Below are positions 10,054 through 19,486 of a DNA stretch of 64,000 nucleotides, piece after piece. Source of the stretch: an uncultured Actinomycetota bacterium. Lineage in GTDB: Bacteria > Actinomycetota > UBA4738 > HRBIN12. Both the position numbers and the translations under genes were made by a program. The first letter of the stretch is position 1. Every line of letters starts with the position of its first letter. The stretch covers positions 40,393 to 104,392 of the forward strand of contig CAWIUW010000003.1 in the NCBI GenBank assembly GCA_963839395.1, written 5' to 3'. The notes under the pieces are model-generated. The model saw nothing but the letters and a program-made list of their open reading frames with translations. It did not search any database and had not been told where the DNA came from.

Positions 10054-10716
10054 TCCAGGCATGGTCGTGTGGCGAGCCAGATAGGCGGCAGCTTCCGCGC
10101 GCCTGGCGACTTCGAGCTTCGAGAGGATCGAGGAGACGTAGTTCTTCACCGTCTTCTCCGCCAGGGTGAGCTCGTCGCCGATCTCCTTGTTGGTCCGGCC
10201 GTCGGCGATGAGGGTCAGGATCCGCTCCTCCTGTGGAGAGAGGCGCGCGAGCTTCTCATCCCTCATCAGGTGCTTCCCCTTACGGAGCCGGTCGAGGACG
10301 GCGGTCGTCACCGAGGGATCCAGGAGGCTATCGCCGGCTCCGACGGCACGGATGGCTCGGACGAGTTCGCCGGAGCGAACCTGCTTCAGCACGTAGCCGG
10401 AGGCCCCCGCCATGATCGACGCGAACAGCGCTTCGTCATCCGCGAACGAGGTGAGCATGAGCACACGGGTCGTCGGATGCTTGGCGCGGATCTCGCGCGT
10501 CGCCTCGATCCCGCTCCCATCGGCGAGTCGGACGTCCATCACGACGACATCCGGTCGGGTCCGGTCGGCCTCATCGATGGCCTCTCGGACCGTGCCCGCT
10601 TCCGTCGTCACGTGGATGTCGTCCTCGGACGCGAGCATCGCTCGGATCCCGTCCCGCACGACCTCGTGATCGTCCACGAGCATGACCCGCAGGGGAGGGC
10701 TCTTCGGCTCGGTCAT
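10042..10716 (-). CDS. NarL/LuxR-family response regulator (DevR/DosR-like)
   Basis: ORF of 224 aa. The receiver has VMLVDDHEVVRDGI, VVVMDVRLADGSG, MLTSF and YVLKQ. The C-terminal LuxR HTH reads LSPQEERILTLIADGRTNKEIGDELTLAEKTVKNYVSSILSKLEV. Confidence 0.9.
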   Translation of the reverse strand: MTEPKSPPLRVMLVDDHEVVRDGIRAMLASEDDIHVTTEAGTVREAIDEADRTRPDVVVMDVRLADGSGIEATREIRAKHPTTRVLMLTSFADDEALFASIMAGASGYVLKQVRSGELVRAIRAVGAGDSLLDPSVTTAVLDRLRKGKHLMRDEKLARLSPQEERILTLIADGRTNKEIGDELTLAEKTVKNYVSSILSKLEVARRAEAAAYLARHTTMPGSVE

Positions 10717-10739
10717 CGGTGGATGTTAGCCCGCCCGGT

Positions 10740-11243
10740 TCATGCCGACGCCGGCTCGGCTCTGCCCAGCTCGGTAGGACCCGGCGCATCTCGGCTCCCC
10801 ATGATCGTCTCGGCAACCCGGTCGAGGAAGTCCTTGAGCGTCGCCTCGGCGACCCTCGAGAGGACCGCGCGATCGATCGCTCGGCCCACGGCGCCGAAAG
10901 GAGGCACGTACCTCGCGCTCATCGCGAGCTGGGTGCGCCCGGGACGAAGGAGTGCCACCTCGAGGTCGGCATCGAGCGATGGGAAGAGTCCCGCAGCACC
11001 GGAAGCGGTCCACCGGAGCGGGAACACGGTCTTGGCTCCTGAGCGAACCGCTTCTCCGAGCTCAACGGCCACCGTTCTCTTGATCCGGACGTGCTCCCCG
11101 AAACCCACCTCGGCGAGGAGCAGGTCCCCGCGGTGATTCGCTCGCTCCGCCAACCCGGGAAGCCACGCACGCGGGTCTCGCGCCAAGGCACGCTCGACCT
11201 CTTCTGGGGGGATCGGCACCTCGACGAAATACCTGGCGAACAT
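10740..11243 (-). CDS. Hypothetical protein (possibly SRPBCC-fold)
   Basis: ORF of 167 aa with clean coding-like composition. It sits between the kinase and regulator genes on the same strand. No diagnostic motif was recognised. Confidence 0.6.
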   Translation of the reverse strand: MFARYFVEVPIPPEEVERALARDPRAWLPGLAERANHRGDLLLAEVGFGEHVRIKRTVAVELGEAVRSGAKTVFPLRWTASGAAGLFPSLDADLEVALLRPGRTQLAMSARYVPPFGAVGRAIDRAVLSRVAEATLKDFLDRVAETIMGSRDAPGPTELGRAEPASA

Positions 11244-11311
11244 AGATACAAGGATGCGTGCGGTCGGGTCGCGGCGGAGGGGTCGATGGTCCTGGCTCTG
11301 GCGGGACCTGT

Positions 11312-12457
11312 TCAGGACGGGAACGTCGCTCGGACGGTCGTCCCTTCTCCAGGCGTGCTCTCGACCTGAAGGACTCCACCCAGGGACTCAACCCGCTGCC
11401 GAAGGTTGCTGAGGCCCATGCCCCAGGTCGTCATGTCGACGTCGAACCCCCGTCCGTCGTCGTCGACCTCGAGGAAGAGGCCGGCCTCTCCTCTCCGGAG
11501 TGAGACTCGGCACGTGGTGGCAGCCCCGTGCCGGCCGACGTTCGAGAGTGCCTCACGCACGAGCTGCACCACATCGCCGGCGCGCGAGGCGAGCTGGGAC
11601 GCAGCCTCGCTGTCCACCTCGACGACCGTCACGACGCCCGAGCGGGCGCCGAACTCGCTCGCCATCTCCTTGAGCGCCTGATCGAGCTGACGGTCCGCCA
11701 GGATCCCCGGTCGGAGGCCGAAGATGTAGTTGCGCAGGTCTCGGATCGAGTGGTCGACATCCTCGACGGCGGCTTCCAGGCGACGGGCCATATCCTCGTC
11801 GCTGGATGCGGCCGCCAGTCCTTGCAGGCTCATCCCGACGGCGAAGAGCGACTGGATGACGCCGTCGTGGAGCTCTTTGGCGATCCGTTCACGCTCCTCA
11901 AGGACCTGGAGCCTCTGGAGCTCCCTGCTCTTGCGCTCGGTCTCGTCGTAGAGGCGTGCGTTCTCGACGGCGATCGCGGCCTGGGTCGCGAGGACGACAA
12001 GGACACGTTCGTCCTCCTCGTCGAACGTCTCCGCGCCTTGCTTATCAGTGAGGTAGATGTTCCCGAACACCCTCCCGCGTCCGCTGACCGGAGCTCCGAG
12101 GAGGGACTTCATCGGGGGGTGATTCGGAGGGAACCCGACCGACCGCGGATCCGCGCTGATATCGGGGATCCGGAGAGGCCGGGCCTCGGTGATCAGAGCC
12201 CCAAGGAGCCCGTGGCCGGTCGGAGGGTCGCCGAGGGCAGCGCGTTCCTCCGGGGTGATCCCCACCGTGATGAATTCCTCGATCAACCGGCCGTCGGGCG
12301 TGAGGACGCCCAGCGCCCCGTACCGGGCATCGGTGAGATCGACCGCCAGCTCGACGATGCGGAGGAGCACCGTGTCGAGCGAAAGCTCCGAGGCAGCGAG
12401 GATCATGCCAGCCTCGATCAGCCGTCGATCTCCGTCTCTGGCGTCCCCTCCGAGCAT
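11312..12457 (-). CDS. GAF-domain sensor histidine kinase (HisKA_3 type, DevS/DosT-like)
   Basis: ORF of 381 aa. It has an N-terminal GAF-like region (VLLRIVELAVDLTDARYGALGVL...NIYLTDK) and an H-box ERERIAKELHDGVIQSLF. It also has the N-box REALSNVGRHG, G1 DDDGRGF and G2 GMGLSNLRQRVESLGG. Confidence 0.9.
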   Translation of the reverse strand: MLGGDARDGDRRLIEAGMILAASELSLDTVLLRIVELAVDLTDARYGALGVLTPDGRLIEEFITVGITPEERAALGDPPTGHGLLGALITEARPLRIPDISADPRSVGFPPNHPPMKSLLGAPVSGRGRVFGNIYLTDKQGAETFDEEDERVLVVLATQAAIAVENARLYDETERKSRELQRLQVLEERERIAKELHDGVIQSLFAVGMSLQGLAAASSDEDMARRLEAAVEDVDHSIRDLRNYIFGLRPGILADRQLDQALKEMASEFGARSGVVTVVEVDSEAASQLASRAGDVVQLVREALSNVGRHGAATTCRVSLRRGEAGLFLEVDDDGRGFDVDMTTWGMGLSNLRQRVESLGGVLQVESTPGEGTTVRATFPS

Positions 12458-12615
12458 GGCACGAGCGTAGTCGAACCCCTTCGGCAGCGATGACCAGGTC
12501 TGCTTCGCGCCGACCTACCCGGGGTGCGTCGTCAAGCCCGGGTCGATCCTGGTTGACCGATCCGGGACACGACCGACGCAGACGCGTTCGTTCGGGCCCG
12601 ACTTCGTGCGAGTCG

Positions 12616-12804
12616 TCAGGCTGCTTTCCGGCCCTCCAGTCGCGGTACGAGCCTCGTCACCTTCGCCCTCTCACCGCGCCGACGGATCAGCACTGCGATC
12701 GCGACACAAGCGGCAACGAGCACGAGGATGCCCAGGACGACCATTCCTTCGGGACCGTTCCCTGCCACATCCGGAACTGCCGGTGGAATCCCTGCTCCGA
12801 ACAT
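12616..12804 (-). CDS. Small membrane protein (62 aa, hypothetical)
   Basis: ATG at 12804 is preceded by GGAGGTG with a 6-nt spacer. The protein has one TM (MVVLGILVLVAACVAIAVLI) followed by a basic tail. The longer ORF 12616-12933 has an implausible N-terminus. Confidence 0.5.
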   Translation of the reverse strand: MFGAGIPPAVPDVAGNGPEGMVVLGILVLVAACVAIAVLIRRRGERAKVTRLVPRLEGRKAA

Positions 12805-12886
12805 CGCACTCACCTCCACGTCACATCGTCGCTGTCCCGCGAATAGCAGAGGAGAGTCGAACGACCCGGCCCCGACAGGACTCCAG

Positions 12887-13891
12887 CTAATCCTGCCTTC
12901 GGAGGAGTTCCCCCTCGAAAAATGTGAGGACACGGTGCTCGTACTCAGCAGGGTGTGTACGAAGTGCCTGCGTGTGGGGTGTGTCGGGCAGTGTCCACGA
13001 TGTGATCGTGTCTCGCGCGGCGTCGGCGTAGATCGGGTTGAGCTTCCGCTCGTTCGACGGCGAGCCGGAGATCATGAGAACCGATGCCTCGATCCGCGGC
13101 ATCAGGTCGATCAGCGGCTCCGGAGGCTCCTCGGGAGCCAGGATCCCCACCAGCGCGAACGTCAGCCACGCGTTGACGTATCCGACCGGGTGCGGCTCCG
13201 GCTCACGCTGGGCGTCGGCCCACGTTCGAGCGGAGACACCTTCGACGACGACAGCCCCGACCCGGTGATCGAGCGCGGCGACGGTGAGGCCAACCTCGCC
13301 GCCCATCGAAAGACCGAGTAGGCCGATGCCGTGCGTCACGCCGGGCTGGTCCAGGACGAAGGAGATCGCCGCGGTCACGTCACGGTCGGCGCCCCAACCG
13401 AACTCCATGCTGCGTCCGGCGCTCCGCCCATGCCCACGCCAGTCGAGCAGCAACGCGCCGTAGCCATGTCGGGCGACGAGTGCCGCGTGATCCAGCACCG
13501 CATGCCTCGTGGAGCCCGAGCCCGGCAAGAGAACGATGGCTGCGCCGTTCCTCGAGGGAACCCACCACGCCGAGAGGGTGGTTCCGTCCGGACTCGAGAT
13601 GCGCACGTCCTGGAAGGGGAGTCCCACATCTGCGGGAGTCCTCCCGGACCCGGTCGGGCGCGGCCGATTCGTAACGTCCAGCGCTACGCCGGCGGGCAAG
13701 AGGACGAACTGCGCGACGAGGAGTGTGGACACGAGAGCGGTTGCGACCCTCACCCACCGGCGTGGGATCCGGCGGAGGGTTCGCTGCCACCCCAGGACGA
13801 CGAGAACCACGCCCATCACTGCGGCGATCCCGCCGAGCGCATCGACCGCCGATACTCCGTCCGCGAGGCCTCGCCCCCCCGACCCTAACAA
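12887..13891 (-). CDS. Membrane-anchored alpha/beta hydrolase
   Basis: ORF of 334 aa with a TTG start. N-terminal TM segments are followed by AAIVLLPGSG...HGYGALLLDWRGHGRSAG and the nucleophile elbow GLLGLSMGGEVG. Confidence 0.85.
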   Translation of the reverse strand: MLGSGGRGLADGVSAVDALGGIAAVMGVVLVVLGWQRTLRRIPRRWVRVATALVSTLLVAQFVLLPAGVALDVTNRPRPTGSGRTPADVGLPFQDVRISSPDGTTLSAWWVPSRNGAAIVLLPGSGSTRHAVLDHAALVARHGYGALLLDWRGHGRSAGRSMEFGWGADRDVTAAISFVLDQPGVTHGIGLLGLSMGGEVGLTVAALDHRVGAVVVEGVSARTWADAQREPEPHPVGYVNAWLTFALVGILAPEEPPEPLIDLMPRIEASVLMISGSPSNERKLNPIYADAARDTITSWTLPDTPHTQALRTHPAEYEHRVLTFFEGELLRRQD

Positions 13892-14032
13892 CCCCCCCCC
13901 TCCCGCGGTTCCGGCCAGCGTCGCCGGCTCACTGGACCAAGCCTCCCCGCACGAAGCTCGGTCGAGGGGTGTCGAACGTCCCGTCCCTATCGGGCCAAAC
14001 AGCGATCTGCCCCTCCACTGCGCACGTGGCGC

Positions 14033-14827
14033 TCACGCGTGGATGTCGCGACGATCGAACGCGAGGATAGAGAGCCACAAGCCGATCACGGCGATACCGA
14101 GGAGGACGAGCGCGTGCCCGATGTCGAGGCCGTCGCGGAGCGGGATGTTCTCGCCGTAGTAGTAGAACGGTGAGAGCTTCGCCGCCCACGTCAGCCCTTC
14201 GACGGCCGGTGCGAATGCGTCGAGGAGGAACGTGGCGACCGCAAGAGCGGCGGTCACCGCGATCGCTAAGGTCCGTCCGCCGCGCCAGGCACCGAGAAGC
14301 AAGGCGATCGCGCCAAAGGCGATACCCAAGAGGACGAGCTGGAGTGTAGCCGCCGCCACATCCGCCGGAGGAACGTCGAGGCCGAACGCCCGGCCGATCG
14401 TGATGAGCGCGATCCAGAGGATCACCCCGATCCCGATCGCTGTGCCGCTCATCGCCGCGAACTTCTCCAGGACGATCCGACCCCGCGAGATCGGCGCCGC
14501 GGCGAGCAGATCCATCGTCCCGTGCTCCTCCTCGCCGGCGACGCTTCGGGCCCCGGCGCCGATCGCGAACACGAGGATCAGCGCGGGACCGAGGAACGAG
14601 AACAGCTCGCTCTGCAGGTACCCGGCCGGCGTGCCGAGGCTCAACTCTCCGATGACGTTCCGGAGCGCGTCCGGCAGGTTCTCCAGGTAGGACTCGAACT
14701 GGCCGGCGTTGTCGCGGACGCTGGGCCAGAACGAGCTGTACATCAACACCATCGCGGCGAGACCGCCACCCAATCCCAACAGCCCGCGGCGCTGGTCTCG
14801 CAGCTCCTTCCGAATGAGGACCATCAT
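14033..14827 (-). CDS. ABC-2 type transporter permease
   Basis: The internal start MMVLIRKELRDQRRGL at 14827 overlaps the stop of the ATPase gene as ATGA. The protein is a polytopic membrane protein. The longer ORF to 15139 is an Arg/Pro-rich extension inside the ATPase gene. Confidence 0.8.
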   Translation of the reverse strand: MMVLIRKELRDQRRGLLGLGGGLAAMVLMYSSFWPSVRDNAGQFESYLENLPDALRNVIGELSLGTPAGYLQSELFSFLGPALILVFAIGAGARSVAGEEEHGTMDLLAAAPISRGRIVLEKFAAMSGTAIGIGVILWIALITIGRAFGLDVPPADVAAATLQLVLLGIAFGAIALLLGAWRGGRTLAIAVTAALAVATFLLDAFAPAVEGLTWAAKLSPFYYYGENIPLRDGLDIGHALVLLGIAVIGLWLSILAFDRRDIHA

Positions 14828-15729
14828 CGGGGCTCCTCGCGACGATCCCGGTAGTACTCGAGGAAGAGCTCCTCGAGCCCCGGCTGCCGGCTCTGGAGAT
14901 CCACCACGTCGAAGCGAGCGACCGCCTTGATGAGCGCGTCCACCGGGCCTCGGACGGTGCACCGCATCACGTCGCCGTGGATCTCGAGGTCGGTAACACC
15001 AGATACGTTGGCGAACGCGTCTGGAGGGACCGGATGGGCGAAGTGGAACTCCATCACCCGGACCGCCTTCGCTCGAAGATCGCCGACATCCTCCACATCG
15101 ATCAGTCGTCCGTCGTCGATGATCCCGATCCGATCGCACGTTCGCTCCACCTCCGGCAGGACGTGGGAAGACAGGAAGACCGTCCCGCCGCGAGCCGACG
15201 TCTCCAGCACGAGGTCGTGGAATTCCCGCTGGACGATGGGGTCGAGACCCTGCGTGGGTTCGTCCAGGATCAGCAGGTCCGGCTCATGCATCAGGGCCTG
15301 GATCAGTCCGAGCTTCTGGACGTTCCCGTGGGAGAGCGAGGAGATCCGAGGTTCGAGGTCGCATGCGAGGCGATCCGCCAAACCGTCGAAGGAAGAAGGG
15401 CCGAGTCCGCGGAGCGCGGCGAAGAACTCGAGATATCCCCGGCCCGTCATCCGCCGATAGGCGCTGAAGTCACCGGGCAGGTAGCCGACGCGGCGATGGA
15501 TCTCGAGGACGTCACGGTGGGAATCCAGTCCGAGCAGGGAGGCGTTCCCCACCGTCGGGCGAAGGAGATCCAGCATCGTTCGGATCGTCGTGGTCTTACC
15601 AGCACCGTTGGGACCGAGGAATCCGAAGACCTCGCCGGCCTCGACCTGAAGGGACACCCCCTCGATCCCACGGCGCACGCCGTACCGCTTGGTGAGCCGA
15701 TCGAGAACGATCGCGGCGCCGGGAGTCAT
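14824..15729 (-). CDS. ABC transporter ATP-binding protein
   Basis: ORF of 301 aa with Walker A GPNGAGKTT, signature LSHGNVQKL and Walker B LLILDEPTQGLD. Its start overlaps the FNT stop as ATGA. Confidence 0.92.
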   Translation of the reverse strand: MTPGAAIVLDRLTKRYGVRRGIEGVSLQVEAGEVFGFLGPNGAGKTTTIRTMLDLLRPTVGNASLLGLDSHRDVLEIHRRVGYLPGDFSAYRRMTGRGYLEFFAALRGLGPSSFDGLADRLACDLEPRISSLSHGNVQKLGLIQALMHEPDLLILDEPTQGLDPIVQREFHDLVLETSARGGTVFLSSHVLPEVERTCDRIGIIDDGRLIDVEDVGDLRAKAVRVMEFHFAHPVPPDAFANVSGVTDLEIHGDVMRCTVRGPVDALIKAVARFDVVDLQSRQPGLEELFLEYYRDRREEPR

Positions 15730-16595
15730 CGCGCCACCCCGGCCGGTCTCAGGTACACGAACCAGTAGACGAGCCCGACAAGCACCGAACCACCGACGAC
15801 ATTGCCCAGCGTGGATGCCGCGAGGTTGATCGAGAGCCCCGTGAGATCCAAACTCGCGAGTTCACGTGCGGGAAGGTGCGCCGCCGCGACGACCTCCTCA
15901 TTCTCTCGAAGCACGAGACCCATCGGGATGAAGAACATGTTCGCGATGCTGTGCTCGAAGCCCGCGGCGACGAACGCCGAGATCGGGAAGATGATCGCCG
16001 CGATCTTGTCCAAGACCGTACGACCGCCGGTCGCCAGCCAGACGGCCAGGCAGACGAGCGCGTTCGCGAGGATCCCGCGTCCGAAGACCGCCGTGAAGGA
16101 GAGATCGGTCTTCGCCGCAGCGGTCGAGAGGGCGGTGACACCGACCGCGGCGTCCCCCAGCCGCCACCACTCAGCGAGCGTCACGATGACGACCACCGAG
16201 AGGGCGCCGAGGGCGTTCCCCACATAGACGATCGCCCAATTCCGGAGGAGACGACCAAGGGGCACGTGTCCCGCGACCACGCTCATCACGATCAGGTTGT
16301 TGCCGGTGAACAGCTCCGCGCCCGCAACCACGACCAGGATCAATCCCAGCGAGAACGCCACGCCGGCCAGCCATCTGGTCGGGCCGAAGCCGAGCGAGGA
16401 CCCCGTGGCCACGGTGGTGGAGAGCACGGCGCCCAGCGCGATGAACGCTCCGGCGACGACTCCGAGCACGAACGTCGTGAATGTCGGCGCGTTCGCCTTC
16501 GCCACGCCTCGCGTCTCGACGAGGGTGGCGATCTCGTTCGGAGAGAAGGCGTCGTGGCCGGTCATCGGGTGGGGCGTGGTTCCGCTCACGGGCAC
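15726..16595 (-). CDS. Formate/nitrite transporter (FNT) family channel
   Basis: ORF of 289 aa. It has about 6 TM segments and FNT-like text (LGVVAGAFIALGAVLS, ELFTGNN, FEHSIANMFF). Confidence 0.88.
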   Translation of the reverse strand: MPVSGTTPHPMTGHDAFSPNEIATLVETRGVAKANAPTFTTFVLGVVAGAFIALGAVLSTTVATGSSLGFGPTRWLAGVAFSLGLILVVVAGAELFTGNNLIVMSVVAGHVPLGRLLRNWAIVYVGNALGALSVVVIVTLAEWWRLGDAAVGVTALSTAAAKTDLSFTAVFGRGILANALVCLAVWLATGGRTVLDKIAAIIFPISAFVAAGFEHSIANMFFIPMGLVLRENEEVVAAAHLPARELASLDLTGLSINLAASTLGNVVGGSVLVGLVYWFVYLRPAGVAR

Positions 16596-16663
16596 ATCTT
16601 GACGGCCATGGCCGATTCCTGCCGAGATCCGGCCCGTGAACCGACTCGGGGTGGACCTGAGGG

Positions 16664-18674
16664 TCAGGGGATCGGCCTAGGGATCGTCCCGATCGCGTAC
16701 GGGCGCATCATCTCGTTGTCCTCGTGCTCAACGATGTGGCAATGCCACACGAAGAGCCCGGGGACCTCGAAGCGTCCTCTTACCCGAGTCACCTCGCCCG
16801 GGTAGGCGATGACCGTGTCCTTGAAGCCGGTTTCCCAGATCTCGGGCGGTCGGCTCGTACCCGTCGGGAGGTTGTCCGGACCGAGCGCCTGGCGGTCAAC
16901 CACCTGGAAGTGGATCTCGTGGATGTGGATCGGGTGCGCGTCCACCGTGAGGTTCTGCAGCTCCCAGATCTCGGTAGCGCCGACGTCGGGGTTCTCGGTG
17001 ATGGGGGCGGCCCACTCGAGATCCTGTGCCGTCCCGGACACGGGATCGAAGCGTGCCGAGCTCCGCCTCGGCCGGACCGTCGAAGAACGCGGACGGCCGC
17101 TCGAGCAGAGCCAGGGAGCGCGGTGTCCCACCCGCCAGGGGGGTGATCGGTGGGAGCTCCAGGAACTGTGGTGGAGTGCTGGGGTCCGGGCCGGTCGCTC
17201 CCACGACGCGGAACTCCATCACCTGTCCGGTCGTCTCCGCGTCCGATGCCGTCGCGGGGAACCCGCCGAACGGCTCGTCTGGGCCCAGGTTGAGCAGGAG
17301 GACGGAGGTCCCCACCGGGACGTTGGTGAAGTCCACGATCACATCCGCTCGCTCGGCCAGGCTCAGGAGCAGTACTCCGCCCAAGCCACCCACATCGAGT
17401 TCGTTGATCCTGATCGGAGCCGGTAGGAAGCCGGCCTCCGTGCCGATCTGCCACACGTCGACGTTGGGATCATCGAACTTGAGGACCAGGAACCGCGAGT
17501 TGCAGCCGTTCAGGAAACGGAACCGGTAGCGTCGCTGTTCCACCTGTAGGAACGGCCAGGTCTTCCCGTTGACCACCATCGTGTTCCCGAAGAACTCGGG
17601 GTTCCAGATAGGCGAGAGGTCGGTCTTGGGGATGTAGCCGGGACCTCAGCCGTCGCGCCGTCGAAGAACTCTCGGCTGTCGGGGTAGAAGAGCGATCCGT
17701 CGTCGTTGAACGAGCGATCCTGCACGGCGATCGGTACTTCGTAGTACACGACGCCTGAGGCGTCGCCGTGCGCGGGCGCCGGCCCGGGAAGGATCGCCTT
17801 CGTCCCGAAGCGGGAGTCGATCACTTGGTCGTCGGGGCCGCCCCGGACGAGGTAGAAACCGGCCGGCCCGGCGTAGACATTGACCCGGGTCATCCCAAGA
17901 GTGTGATCGTGATACCAGAGCGTCGACGCTCGATGGTCGTTCGGGTATTGGAACACGGCGCTGCCTGGGGTCCAGGCCTGCCCGAACTTACGTTGGGCTT
18001 TCGTTCTGAAGTACTTGTACCAAGTCCCCACGTCCGCGAAGCGGGGGTCGATGTTGGAGGCTCTGGGCAGGTACCAGGCCTCCGCGTAGCCGTCGCTCTC
18101 GTCTCCGACGCCGGCGGCACCATGGAGGTGGGTCACGATCGGTACGGGCCCGGTGTAGGGGCCCGGCGTGTCCGAGAACGTCGGTCGCATGTCGCGGCCA
18201 TCCCTACCGCCCGGCGGGTTGGCCCAATGCAGGGTGGGGTCCACGGGGAGCAGGTGGGGGAGGAAGCGTCCATCCGGATGGGACGAGGTCATTCACCCAT
18301 TTGACGCGAACCGGAGACTGCGACTTGGCCTCGATCGTGAAGGCCGGATAGTTGAAGGTCGCGGGGTGGTTCACGGAGCCGTAGCTCCACACGGTGGTCG
18401 CCGGATGGGGTGCTGTGAGTATCTGCTGCCGGAACTGTCGCACCGCGATCTCGTAGTAGTCGATGTCCGCCCCCCGGTGGTGGAGCTTGCCTGTCCGAGG
18501 CATGGCCGGTGGGATGACGAGCGGCGTCCGGTACTTGACGATGGCCGAAGGGTCGAGGGTCCCCCACGTTGGCGGCTGAGCCAGGATCGGCGACAAACGA
18601 CCGTTCCAAGGAAGCATGAGCGAGGCGCCGCTCAGGGCACTTGCCTTCAGGAATCGCCGTCGGGAGATCGGCAC
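16664..18674 (-). pseudogene. TAT-secreted three-domain multicopper oxidase (CotA/CueO/bilirubin-oxidase-like), three frame shifts
   Basis: Four collinear fragments make up the gene. ORF 18204-18674 has the twin-arginine signal MPISRRRFLKASALSGASL. ORF 17510-18292 has THLHG and WYHDHTLGMTRVNVYAGPAGFY. ORF 16896-17579 is the third fragment. ORF 16664-17131 has HPIHIHEIHFQVV and WHCHIVEHEDNEMM. Confidence 0.8.
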
Positions 18675-18963
18675 GAATCCCCCCTCTCGGAATCGCTCCT
18701 TCGTTCCTCCCCTCCGCGAACATCGCCATGCACCGCAGGAGAAGCATGAATCTGTCGAGTACCAGGCAACTTGTCAAGCACGACGTAGTTCGCGGCTCGC
18801 GGGGGTAGCCCGACTTTGACGCGGGAGGGCCCCCATCTCTTATCGAGCGACTGTCGTTCGGCCTCGAGAGACGGGACGGCTGTCCGGATGAGGGGCCCGC
18901 CCAGAGGGAGCCGAAGGTCCCTCGTCAAGAGACCTCCCGCCGAGGAGACTGGCCGCGAGAGGA

Positions 18964-19386
18964 GTGATTCACATGTTCGAGCGGATATTGGTGGCGATCG
19001 ATTCCTCGGAGCCCAGCATGCGGGCCGTCGAGTTCGCGGCGGGGCTGGCGAAGGACCACGGCTCGGAGATCATCGTGTTCCATGCGGTTCCGCGCGTCGT
19101 CTCGCGATCCGGGGCGAGTGACCTCGAGGAGCCGGACGCAGCCAGGGACCTCGTCGACGAGATCGTTCGGGATCTGAAGGACCGAGGATCGAACGCTCGC
19201 GGAGAGGTGATCCGCGTCCTCGAAGGCCACATGGCCCGTGGGATCGTGGAGTCCGCGGCTACCGTGGACGCTGATGCGATCGTCATGGGCACTCGCGGTC
19301 GGTCAGACTTCGGCGGGTTGTTCCTCGGCAGCGTCACGCATCGCGTGCTGCACCTGGCCGAGAAGCCGGTGATCGTCGTTCCCTAG
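18964..19386 (+). CDS. Universal stress protein (UspA family)
   Basis: ORF of 140 aa with ILVAIDSSEPSMRAVEFAAGLA and IVMGTRGRSDFGGLFLGSVTHRVLHLAEKPVIVVP. The likely true start is ATG 18973, 9 nt after GGAG. Confidence 0.9.
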   Translation: MIHMFERILVAIDSSEPSMRAVEFAAGLAKDHGSEIIVFHAVPRVVSRSGASDLEEPDAARDLVDEIVRDLKDRGSNARGEVIRVLEGHMARGIVESAATVDADAIVMGTRGRSDFGGLFLGSVTHRVLHLAEKPVIVVP

Positions 19387-19400
19387 CGGAGGAGGTAGAT

Positions 19401-19431
19401 GTTCGGCTCCCGCCACGGCGGGGAGCCGAAC
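19401..19431 (+). terminator. Hairpin after the USP gene
   Basis: The stem is gttcggctcccgc / gcg(g)ggagccgaac with one bulge, located 15 nt after the stop at 19386. Confidence 0.4.
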
Positions 19432-19486
19432 CCGCCAAGCCTGGGGCCTGGCGGGGTTTCACCGTCCCCGATACGGTTCGGGTCAG

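Noticed and set aside
18675-18963. DosR-box-like half sites (GGTCCC / GGGAC) upstream of the two USP genes (18675-18963 and 22681-22790) and upstream of the GAF kinase (12458-12615).
   Set aside because: Only isolated half sites are present. No 20-bp palindrome close to TTSGGGACTWWAGTCCCSAA could be assembled.
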